Counted from the stretch's first letter, positions 54,733 through 62,861 are shown. The stretch: DNA of 64,000 nt from Candidatus Methylacidiphilales bacterium (GCA_028713655.1 JAQTNW010000015.1:2360-66359), one strand, 5' to 3'. Notes: generated from the letters alone by a model not told the origin. Numbers and translations are program-made.

Positions 54733-55494
54733 ATGAAACCTGACAATAAAATGGAAACACACCGGCTGGAGATCCAGGACCTGACCGTGGCGTACAACCG
54801 CGTGCCGGCGGTGCATCACATCAGCTTGTCCATTCCCTGCGGGCACAGCGTGGCCCTGTTGGGACCCAACGGTGGCGGCAAAACCACGCTGCTGAAGGCC
54901 CTCGCCGGATTGTTGCCGCTGGAGACAGGCGTGGTTCGTTTCCACGGCCACAGGATGCGCGGCGCCGGGTGCGAGATTGCCTACCTGCCGCAACGCGAGA
55001 ATGTGGATTGGGACTTTCCGGTGACGGTGCGCGGTTTGGTGGAGATGGGCTGTTACAAGCGGTTGGGTTGGTGGCGCAAGTTTGGCGATGAGGAACAGAA
55101 AAATGTCAGCACGGCGTTGGCGGCGATGGAGCTGGATGACCTGGCTGAGCGCCAGATCAATGCCCTTTCCGGCGGCCAGCAACAGCGGGTGTTCCTGGCC
55201 CGGTCTCTGGCTCAGCAGGCGCATGTCTTTTTGTTGGATGAACCGTTTGCCGGTCTGGACCGTCCCTCGCAGGAAACACTGGCCCGTACGCTGCGTGAAC
55301 TGGCCGCCGCGGGCAACCTTGTTGTTGCCTCATCCCACGATCTTCAAAACGCGCCCTACCTTTTCGACAAAATACTCCTGCTCAACGGTGAACTGGTGGC
55401 TTTTGGCGAAACCGCTGCCGTCTTCAACAAGGAAAATTTGCAGAAGACTTTTGAAACCCGGGTTTTTTCAGGCCACGAAAAGGTGGAGTCATGA
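54733..55494 (+). CDS. znuC: Metal ABC transporter ATPase
   Basis: 253 aa. GPNGGGKTT, LSGGQQQR and LLDEPFAGLD. Confidence 0.88.
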   Translation: MKPDNKMETHRLEIQDLTVAYNRVPAVHHISLSIPCGHSVALLGPNGGGKTTLLKALAGLLPLETGVVRFHGHRMRGAGCEIAYLPQRENVDWDFPVTVRGLVEMGCYKRLGWWRKFGDEEQKNVSTALAAMELDDLAERQINALSGGQQQRVFLARSLAQQAHVFLLDEPFAGLDRPSQETLARTLRELAAAGNLVVASSHDLQNAPYLFDKILLLNGELVAFGETAAVFNKENLQKTFETRVFSGHEKVES

Positions 55495-56396
55495 ACTGGC
55501 TGTTCGAACCTTTCCAGCATGAATTCATGCAGCGCGCATTGTTAGGTTGCGCTCTGGTTGGGTTTACCAACGGATTTCTGAGCGCATTCATCGTGTTGCG
55601 CCGCATGGCGCTGATGGCGGACGCGTTGTCGCACTCGCTGCTGCCCGGCCTGGCCGTGGGGGTGATGTTGTTCGGTCTTGCCTCGTCGGCGAGCCTGTTC
55701 TGCGGGGCCTTGGTGGCGGCGTTGCTCGTGGCTTTGGGTTCGCAATTGATCGCCCGATCCTCCCGCGTGAAGGAGGAGACGGCCCTGGCCGTGCTGTTCA
55801 CGCTGGCGTTTGCCGCCGGTATTGTGTTGTTGAAATTTGCCAGGGTCCAGGTTGAGCTGAACCACTATCTCTTCGGCAATATTCTAGGCTTGTCCAATTC
55901 AGATCTTTGGACGACGTATGGCATCAGTTTCGTGACCCTGCCGCTGCTGGTGTTGTTGCAGCGACCGCTGTTTTTGATGCTGTTCGAACCGTCGGTGGCG
56001 CGGACCCAGGGGGTACCGGTCGCGTTCCTGAATTACCTGCTCGTGACGCTGTTGGTGCTGGCCATGATTTCGTCCCTGCAGGCCGTGGGCGTGATCCTGG
56101 CTCTGGGGCTTTTGGTGGCCCCGGCCGCCACGGTGTATTTGTTCAGCGATTCCTGTGCCGCGTTGTTTTGGGGCGGCGGACTCGTGGGGCTTTTCGGGTC
56201 CTGCACCGGTCTGCTGGTCTCGTATTGGCTGAACCTGCCCGCCGGAGCCTGCATTGTTTTGCTGCTGGGTTTGATGTTTTTTGCGGCTTACCTGTTCAGC
56301 CCCAAGTACGGTGTGCTGCACCGTTTTATACATGGGCGCCATCTGCATGGAGAATCCCTGGCGCGATGGCAGGATTCGCAGGGCCATCACCATTGA
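55491..56396 (+). CDS. znuB: Metal ABC transporter permease
   Basis: 301 aa. ABC-3 family multi-TM pattern (MADALSHSLLPG). 4-nt overlap with znuC. Confidence 0.85.
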   Translation: MNWLFEPFQHEFMQRALLGCALVGFTNGFLSAFIVLRRMALMADALSHSLLPGLAVGVMLFGLASSASLFCGALVAALLVALGSQLIARSSRVKEETALAVLFTLAFAAGIVLLKFARVQVELNHYLFGNILGLSNSDLWTTYGISFVTLPLLVLLQRPLFLMLFEPSVARTQGVPVAFLNYLLVTLLVLAMISSLQAVGVILALGLLVAPAATVYLFSDSCAALFWGGGLVGLFGSCTGLLVSYWLNLPAGACIVLLLGLMFFAAYLFSPKYGVLHRFIHGRHLHGESLARWQDSQGHHH

Positions 56397-56418
56397 CGGA
56401 ACGGGCAAGCGTGCTTGA

Positions 56419-57426
56419 TTGGTTTTGGAAGAAAGGCAGGTTTGCGTGCCGTGGTTTGAATTCAGCCTGAATGATTTTTCGATCTCGTTCCTGAGCATTT
56501 TGCTCGAAGGCGTGCCGTTCATGTTTATCGGCACGTTGTTGAGCGGGTTGGTGGACAGCTTTGTCTCCGCCGACAGCCTGCAAAAACATCTGCCCCGCAA
56601 TCACGTTTTAGCCATCGGCATGAGCGGAGTGCTGGGCGTATTTTTCCCGATGTGCGAATGTGGCATAGTTCCCGTGATACGGCGCATGATCGGCAAAGGA
56701 TATCCGGTGCCGGCGGCGTTGACCTATCTGCTGGCCGCGCCGATCGTCAACCCGATTGTGGCGGCGAGCACCTATGCCGCGTTCCGGGGCCAGCATCCGA
56801 TGGGGGTGATGTTGTTTCGCTTGGTGCTGGGTTTTGTGGTGGCGGTCGGTGTTGGATTGCTGGTCTCGCGGCTTCCACTGGAGCGGATGTTGAACAGCGC
56901 AACATTGGCGCGTGTGCCGAAGCTGGCAGGAGAAACAGACAAGGACGGAGATCCTGCCTGCGATGATGAGCGTTGCTGCGAGCACGAGCCTCATGATGGG
57001 AAAAGCCGGAAGACTTTTTTTGGAAAACTGCTGGCCGCCATGCGTTGTGCCACCACTGACTTTCTGGACGTGGCCTTTTACCTTGTGATTGGAGCGGCCC
57101 TGGCCAGCGTGTTCAACACCGCGGTGAACAAGAGTTTCATCGCGCCGCTGGCAAATAATCCGTTGGCGGCAACGCCCGGCATGATGTTGCTGGCCATGGC
57201 GCTGTCGCTTTGCAGCACTTCGGACGCCTTTATCGCCGCCAATTTTACGTTGTTTCCGCTGGCGTCCAAGCTGGCCTTCATCGTGCTGGGGCCGATGATG
57301 GACATCAAATTGCTGTTCATGTACGGCCTGGTGTTCAAGAAGCGGTTCACGCTGCAACTGCTGGTGTTTTTATTTGTGACGATTGGAATCCTGTGCCTTG
57401 CGGCCACCCGGATTTTCCGATTATGA
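56419..57426 (+). CDS. DUF318-type permease (large subunit of a two-component membrane permease pair)
   Basis: 335 aa, multi-TM. N-terminus FLSILLEGVPFMFIGTLLSG, and a Cys/His/Asp-rich loop DPACDDERCCEHEPHDG. The start codon is uncertain (TTG 56419 or GTG 56446). Confidence 0.75.
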   Translation: MVLEERQVCVPWFEFSLNDFSISFLSILLEGVPFMFIGTLLSGLVDSFVSADSLQKHLPRNHVLAIGMSGVLGVFFPMCECGIVPVIRRMIGKGYPVPAALTYLLAAPIVNPIVAASTYAAFRGQHPMGVMLFRLVLGFVVAVGVGLLVSRLPLERMLNSATLARVPKLAGETDKDGDPACDDERCCEHEPHDGKSRKTFFGKLLAAMRCATTDFLDVAFYLVIGAALASVFNTAVNKSFIAPLANNPLAATPGMMLLAMALSLCSTSDAFIAANFTLFPLASKLAFIVLGPMMDIKLLFMYGLVFKKRFTLQLLVFLFVTIGILCLAATRIFRL

Positions 57427-58421
57427 AAATCAAAACCCGCGAACTCTTGTCGGCGCTGGTCCTCATCGAATGGGGCGGGGTGATGATTTATCTGAAAGCC
57501 AGCGGACGGCTGTCATCGTTTTTGCATCCCAATTTCCACATGCTGGTTCTGGTGACCGGGGTGCTGTTGTTGCTGGCCGCGGGTTGCATGCTGCTGTTGC
57601 CGGGCGAATGCGACTCGGTTGTGCATGGCGGGCATGAAGAGCATTCCCATGACGACTGCGGACACGAGGGCGTGATGAATATCCGGGCCTGGTTTGTTTT
57701 TCTGATTTTGCTGCTGCCCTTTGGCCTTGCAGCCTGGATTGCGCCCAATGGCTATGGCGCGGTCAAAGTGCGCAATTCCGAGCAGATTCAAAACGTTGCT
57801 TCCATCCCTTCCAGAAGCGTGGCCCGCCAAGTACCCGATGATGGTTTTAGCGAGCCTTTGCCGAAGAAAGGCGTGCCTCCGGCTTCAGAAGAGCAAATAC
57901 CCGCCGACAGTACTACCTCCATGTCGAACACAGGCCTGACAACAGTTGATATTCTGGCCATTCACCAGAATGAAGTGGCGATCCAGCAGAATGTGGCGAA
58001 CAATCAAACAGACATGCAACCGGGTGAAGATCAGACCCTGCAGCCTGATAAAAACGGGAATATACCCGCCACGGTGCTGGATTTGTTCTGTGCCGCGTAT
58101 GATTCGACCGGCCAGAAGGACTATATTGGCAAATCGATTGTTTTGATTGGGCAATATATGCCCTTGCTGCCGGGAGAAGCGGGCGATTCACGTTTCAATT
58201 TAACGCGTCTGCTCATGGTCTGTTGTGCGGCTGACGCGCGGCCTGTCAATGTGCAGGTGGATGTAAAAAGACTGCCAGACTTTACAAAGCCGAAGGAAAT
58301 GGAATGGCTGGAGGTTGTTGGGAAGGTGGCGTTTGAAAAACACGGCGACAACATGATTGCCGTGGTTACAGCAGACAAGGCGGCGCGAACGAAGGCGCCT
58401 GAGGAAACGTTTTTATATTGA
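57423..58421 (+). CDS. TIGR03943 / DUF1980-family partner of the DUF318 permease
   Basis: Trimmed to ATG 57423 (ATGA overlap). Two N-terminal TMs, His/Cys cluster ECDSVVHGGHEEHSHDDCGHEG (57606-57668) and a C-terminal LLMVCCAADARPV motif. Confidence 0.75.
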   Translation: MKIKTRELLSALVLIEWGGVMIYLKASGRLSSFLHPNFHMLVLVTGVLLLLAAGCMLLLPGECDSVVHGGHEEHSHDDCGHEGVMNIRAWFVFLILLLPFGLAAWIAPNGYGAVKVRNSEQIQNVASIPSRSVARQVPDDGFSEPLPKKGVPPASEEQIPADSTTSMSNTGLTTVDILAIHQNEVAIQQNVANNQTDMQPGEDQTLQPDKNGNIPATVLDLFCAAYDSTGQKDYIGKSIVLIGQYMPLLPGEAGDSRFNLTRLLMVCCAADARPVNVQVDVKRLPDFTKPKEMEWLEVVGKVAFEKHGDNMIAVVTADKAARTKAPEETFLY

Positions 58422-58430
58422 AACCATTTG

Positions 58431-58528
58431 AACCACGGATATGGAGTGCGGTGGCAAGTGCAGCGCGACACCGCTTTGGATATCAAGCAAACGATTTGGC
58501 CGCAAAAAAGCGCAAAAGACGCAAAAAA
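58431..58528 (+). repeat. Composite post-stop intergenic element, homologous to 30396-30514
   Basis: aaccacggatATGGAGTGCGGTGGCAAG..CGACACCGCTTTGG..TTTGGCCGCAAAAAAGCGCAAAAGACGCAAAAAA. Starts 10 nt after the upstream stop. Confidence 0.8.
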
Positions 58529-58658
58529 TAGCTTTCACAACGAATAACAGGATGGGGAAGTAGAGACTTGAAACTGAAAACTTCAAAGCTGAAACTTTGG
58601 TTATTCCCTTGTACTTTTCGGGCTTGCGAAGAAACAACGTTCCGTATATGCAGCATCC

Positions 58659-59057
58659 ATGCTGCGCCGCTTGGGATGCCTTCTCAGTCTCTGGCTCTGC
58701 CTGTATCTGGCGGGCGGGCACTGGGCTGTGCTGCAAACCGTTGCCTGGACCGGCATGGTACTGGATTACTCCCGCATTCACGGCTTGCAGAAGGGCGTGG
58801 AGGAAACGTTTGATGGAAGGCACCCATGCCCCATGTGCAAAAAAGTTGCCGCGGGTCTGCACAAGGAATCCACGCAGCCGGACAAACAACAGCAGCAGGC
58901 ATCCAAAACCGATAAAAAATCGGCGACCTGTATCGCGCAAACTACCGCATCATCCCCGCGTGGAATTCCCACACGGCCTCTGTTACCCTGGGATTTGATT
59001 GGCTTTCACACCCGTTCTGAAACTCCGCCGGTTCCACCGCCCAAGCGGATCTCCTGA
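58659..59057 (+). CDS. Small membrane protein with an HPCPMC motif (hypothetical)
   Basis: 132 aa. N-terminal TM plus amphipathic GGHWAVLQTVAWTGMVLDY, then TFDGRHPCPMCKK (CPxC at 58827-58838), and a Gln/Lys/Pro-rich tail. Confidence 0.55.
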   Translation: MLRRLGCLLSLWLCLYLAGGHWAVLQTVAWTGMVLDYSRIHGLQKGVEETFDGRHPCPMCKKVAAGLHKESTQPDKQQQQASKTDKKSATCIAQTTASSPRGIPTRPLLPWDLIGFHTRSETPPVPPPKRIS

Positions 59058-59166
59058 TCCATCCGCGGCCATGCGGCCGTGTCTTGTAAATTAAGTGAGC
59101 CATCTGTTGCTTCGCGGCAGGCCGGTTCATGAATTGCAGTTAATACAAAATTATCAGGAGTTTGCT

Positions 59167-60102
59167 ATGAGAGTGATTCATTATTTTTCGATCTTGTTCC
59201 TTAGTACGATGTTGGCGGGCAAGGCATGGTGCTGCGCCTGTGGTTGTGATGTTCTTGAGATGGGCAATGTTTCCATGTTCCCGTCGGGTGCGGGAGGCTT
59301 GTTGTACGTGGACTATGCCTATCAAAATCAAAATACCGATTATAGCGGCGATTCCAGGGCGCCTGCGGAAAACAACAACGATAAAAAAATCCAGACCCAG
59401 TTCATCACGCTGGGCCTGCAGTACATGTTCAGCGCCAGTTGGGGCATCCGTGCCGAAATCCCGCATGCGTTTCGGAATTTCAGCACCACCGGCGGAGCCG
59501 GCGGCAGCGACCCGGTTTCGGTCAACTGGAACGACATCGGCGATCTCCGGATCGAGGGCATCTACAGCGGCTTTGCCCCTGACATGTCCACCGGAATCAC
59601 GTTCGGATTCAAGTTGCCCAGCGGCGATTATTCGCACAATGATGCCTATGGGGACGTGGATCGGGACACCCAGATTGGAACCGGCAGCACAGACCTGCTC
59701 TTTGGCGCCTATCATGTACAAAGACTTACAAGCGACAATCTATGGAGCTGTTTTATGCAGGCTCATCTGGATTTGCCTGTTCTTGAGCAGGAAGGCTATT
59801 GGCCCGGCACAGAAATTGATACGGCTACCGGCATCCAATACAACGGGCTGGCCATTGGGAAACTGAAAATCAAGCCGCTGGCGCAGATCATCGGTTCCTA
59901 CAGAACCAGCGATAGTGGCCCCAATGCTGCAAATCCGGTTGCGTCCGGCTTTGAACGCGTCTTGCTGTCGCCTGGTCTGGAATTTGACCTGCACCCGGTC
60001 ATGCTGCATGCCGCCGCTGAATTTACGGCGTATGACTATGTGAGGGGGAGCCAACTGGTCGCCCCGGTATTTTTTAAACTCGGCCTGAGCGTGGCTTTTT
60101 AA
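59167..60102 (+). CDS. Outer-membrane beta-barrel protein (MetA-pathway/'transporter'-like OMP family)
   Basis: ORF-track frame trimmed to MRVIHYFSILFLSTMLAGKA signal. Alternating beta-strand pattern, DTQIGTGSTDL motif and a terminal ...LGLSVAF. A CCACGC cluster follows the signal directly (59230-59247). Confidence 0.65.
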   Translation: MRVIHYFSILFLSTMLAGKAWCCACGCDVLEMGNVSMFPSGAGGLLYVDYAYQNQNTDYSGDSRAPAENNNDKKIQTQFITLGLQYMFSASWGIRAEIPHAFRNFSTTGGAGGSDPVSVNWNDIGDLRIEGIYSGFAPDMSTGITFGFKLPSGDYSHNDAYGDVDRDTQIGTGSTDLLFGAYHVQRLTSDNLWSCFMQAHLDLPVLEQEGYWPGTEIDTATGIQYNGLAIGKLKIKPLAQIIGSYRTSDSGPNAANPVASGFERVLLSPGLEFDLHPVMLHAAAEFTAYDYVRGSQLVAPVFFKLGLSVAF

Positions 60103-60147
60103 AACTCATGAAATAACAATCTTGTTTGGCGGCAGCGGGATTGGCTT

Positions 60148-61087
60148 ATGCCATCCGGCCCGTCTAAAGGCAGCCTTGAGTTTGCGGATACAGCCAGGAT
60201 GCGAGTCCAAGTAATAATCAATCGGAACCGAAACCCACCAATTCAAAGCAGCCTGCCATTTCATGTCACTAACCTCAGCCATGACACCGCATTTCACGCG
60301 GGATATGCGAGCTATTTTACGCCGCCACCGCTTGAAAATGCGCCTGTCGGTGCGGTCAGCCAATTCGCCGGCACCAGCAACGCCGCGACGGCAGGATTGC
60401 CCAACGGTCCGGTCATGTCGGAGCGTTCCCACTATTTTGACGCAGGCATGACGTATAAGTTCACGCCCGAATACCAGATTGGTCTTGATGGTTATTACAA
60501 GATTGCGCAAAATCTGCTGGACGACGGCCAGTTCGGGACCGCCCCGATTCTGAGCGCCTTCAATTACCGTCACGGTGAAATCCATGGGCTGGAACTCAGC
60601 AACAATTATGTGAAGAACGGATTTACCGCGTATGGAAACATGGCGTATGAGCATGGCACCGGCACGGGTGTGAATTCGTGCCCAAGCCGTCCTGGTTAAT
60701 ATGGCAGATTATAACTATATCAACTCGCACAGCGTCTATCCCGACCACGATCAGGAGTTCACCGCATCGGCGGGGCTCTCCTGGCAGTTGAATGAAACCA
60801 GTCCTTATGTGGAGGTGATTGTTGGCAGCGGATTGCGTGCCGATGCGACTGCGGACGACGGTTCGAACATTCCGAACGGGGCCAGCCTGCCCGTTTATGA
60901 CAATGTGAACATCGGGTTTGAGCAAACATTCAAATTTGCCGACTTGGACCATTTCAAAGCCCGTTTTGATATCATCAATCTCTTTGATCAGATTTGGCAA
61001 TTACGGGACGGCTCCGGCATCGGTGTGGGCGCACCTCAATATGGTGCGCGGCGCGGATTTTATGGCGGGTTAACATGGGAGTTTTAA
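60148..61087 (+). pseudogene. TonB-dependent receptor remnant: only about the C-terminal 310 aa of the barrel, with a +1 frameshift near 60679
   Basis: The two ORF-track pieces (60148..60699, 60701..61087) join as ...AFHAGYASYFTPPPLE...GTGVNS / AQAVLVNMADYNYINSH...DHDQEF...GFYGGLTWEF*, with a terminal Phe. The plug and N-terminal barrel are absent. Confidence 0.7.
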
Positions 61088-61110
61088 GAAATACAAAATA
61101 AGGAATAACT

Positions 61111-61731
61111 ATGATGCAACTGTTCATAAAAGGTGGTCCGATCATGTGGCCGATTCTGATTCTCTCGATCGTGACAATCGGTGTTGTGTTTGAACGAATA
61201 TTTTTTTTACTCATCGAGGCCCGAAGGCGGGACCCGGCGGCTGTTCAGCGGATCTTCGGTTTGGTTGAACACGGCAAGCTGGCTGAGGCCGCCGAATCCG
61301 GCGAAAGGGCCAGGGATGTAATCGCCAGTATTTTGACGGAGGGGCTCAAACACCGTGAAACCTCGCTTTCCGAGGCGATGTTGGAAGCAGCCAGTGCCGA
61401 GCTGGACCATTACAACCGCGGTTTGGTCGTGTTGGATACAGCCGTTACACTCGGGCCTTTGCTTGGATTGTTAGGCACGGTTCTGGGAATGATCCATGCC
61501 TTCGGAGTGGTCGGCACCGGTGAGGTAGCTACAAAACAGGAAGTGATTACGGGCGGTATTTCGCAATGTCTGATTGCGGTTTCGTTCGGACTGGCGGTGG
61601 CCATTGTAGCCATCATACCCTTGAATTACCTCAACGCGCGGATGGAACGGGCCCGGCGCCAATTGGAATCGGCCATGACGCGACTGGAACTTTTGGTGGC
61701 CAAACGCCGCTCAATTTCCACAGGAGCTTGA
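61111..61731 (+). CDS. exbB: MotA/TolQ/ExbB proton-channel protein
   Basis: 206 aa. Three TMs and the LGLLGTVLGMI motif. Confidence 0.88.
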   Translation: MMQLFIKGGPIMWPILILSIVTIGVVFERIFFLLIEARRRDPAAVQRIFGLVEHGKLAEAAESGERARDVIASILTEGLKHRETSLSEAMLEAASAELDHYNRGLVVLDTAVTLGPLLGLLGTVLGMIHAFGVVGTGEVATKQEVITGGISQCLIAVSFGLAVAIVAIIPLNYLNARMERARRQLESAMTRLELLVAKRRSISTGA

Positions 61732-61734
61732 TCT

Positions 61735-62160
61735 ATGGCACAACTTGCATCACCCCGTTCCAAGCGCCGTCCGCGGATCGAAATCATTCCGTTCATCGAT
61801 GTCATGTTTTTCCTGCTGGCGACATTCATGATGGTGTCACTGTCGATGATTCATAACCAGGGCATCGAATTAAAATTGCCGGCTTCCAATTCGGCCAGGC
61901 CGATTGCGGACAGACCGCAGCAAGTGACACTCTCGATCACCAAAGACGGCCACATCTATGCCGATCAACAAGTGCTTTCGATGGAGCAGCTCGGAGCCCG
62001 TCTGGCCGATTTGAAACGAGTTGCGCCGGAGACTGTCATTATTGTGCAGGGCGATTACGGCTGCGTTTTTGGAAAAGTGGTCGAAGTCTTCGACCAAGCC
62101 CGCAACCATGGGTTGACGAAGCTGATTATCCGCACGCAAAAGCAATTGAACCACGGATAG
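61735..62160 (+). CDS. exbD: Biopolymer transport protein ExbD/TolR
   Basis: 141 aa. EIIPFIDVMFFLLATFMM N-terminal TM motif. Confidence 0.88.
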   Translation: MAQLASPRSKRRPRIEIIPFIDVMFFLLATFMMVSLSMIHNQGIELKLPASNSARPIADRPQQVTLSITKDGHIYADQQVLSMEQLGARLADLKRVAPETVIIVQGDYGCVFGKVVEVFDQARNHGLTKLIIRTQKQLNHG

Positions 62161-62163
62161 GAA

Positions 62164-62208
62164 ATTTAACGCAAAGACGCAATGCGGCTGAGGCGCACGC
62201 AAAGAAGC
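62164..62208 (+). repeat. Word-array repeat (ATTTAAC leader plus CGCAAAG-type words)
   Basis: atttaacgcaaagacgcaatgcggctgaggcgcacgcaaagaagc. Starts 4 nt after the exbD stop. Confidence 0.8.
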
Positions 62209-62273
62209 ATCATTTTTTGGATTCAGAAGCATAACTGAAGACCGAACGCTGAAAGCTGAGAGCCAACAGGAAA

Positions 62274-62304
62274 CTTAAAACTTACAAACTTAAGACTTAA
62301 AACT
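62274..62304 (+). repeat. 31-nt AT-rich word array (CTTAAAAC TTACAAAC TTAAGAC TTAAAAC T) 7 nt upstream of the tonB ATG; exact inverted copy at 2296-2326
   Basis: Base-by-base match to the reverse complement of 2296..2326, which lies 6 nt upstream of the ftsY ATG in the same sense orientation. Confidence 0.95.
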
Positions 62305-62311
62305 GGAATAT

Positions 62312-62851
62312 ATGAATAAATTTTGGGATTTGGATAAGGCCGGTTGGCTGGGGCAGGGCGCGTCGCTGGTTCTGCATCTGGCGGTTTTGTTTGCGGGCGG
62401 TTTTTTGATCCACAGTGCCAAGCTCGACCTGGGCCTTGGTGCGGGCGTTTCGGTTCCGCAGGATATGGTGATTCAGGCCCAGGTGGAGCTGGAAGAACCC
62501 CAAGTCGATCAACCGGCCGTTCAAAAAATGGAAATCCAGAAGCAAACCAGCACGGAACCTGTTGGCGTACGCGTGAATGCGAAACCCAATACGCTTCACA
62601 ACCAGCCGCCTTTGTACCCGGACGAAGCCCGAGGAAATCATCAGGAAGGCGTCGTGCAACTTCTTGTGAAAATCAGTGGAGATGGGAATGTTGAAAGTTT
62701 GGAAATTGAAAAGAGCAGCGGCTATCCTTTGTTGGATCAATCGGCCTGCAAGGCGGTGAAAAATTGGAAATTCATACCTGCGACACTTGGCGGGGCGAAG
62801 ATCGAAAGCGAAGCCGTTATCCCCGTGCGGTTTCAATTGAGCGGTGAATGA
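62312..62851 (+). CDS. tonB: TonB-family energy transducer
   Basis: 179 aa. N-terminal TM. C-terminal domain YPDEARGNHQEGVVQLLVKISGDGNV..LEIEKSSGYPLLDQSACKAVKNWKFIPA. Confidence 0.85.
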   Translation: MNKFWDLDKAGWLGQGASLVLHLAVLFAGGFLIHSAKLDLGLGAGVSVPQDMVIQAQVELEEPQVDQPAVQKMEIQKQTSTEPVGVRVNAKPNTLHNQPPLYPDEARGNHQEGVVQLLVKISGDGNVESLEIEKSSGYPLLDQSACKAVKNWKFIPATLGGAKIESEAVIPVRFQLSGE

Positions 62852-62861
62852 TATGGAATGC

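Noticed and set aside
55899-57357. Minus-strand ORFs 55899..56600 (233 aa) and 56608..57357 (249 aa)
   Set aside because: They are antisense to znuB and the DUF318 permease. Their Arg/Gln/His-rich shadow translations show no motif.
60148-61087. Treating 60148..60699 and 60701..61087 as two separate small genes
   Set aside because: Together they read as one continuous TonB-dependent receptor C-terminal barrel interrupted by a single frameshift. Neither piece has its own signal peptide or start context.
592-62304. Word arrays as miniature CRISPR arrays
   Set aside because: The repeat units are 7-9 nt with 0-4-nt gaps, so there is no spacer-sized unique sequence. There are no cas genes, and arrays contain only 2-4 units.
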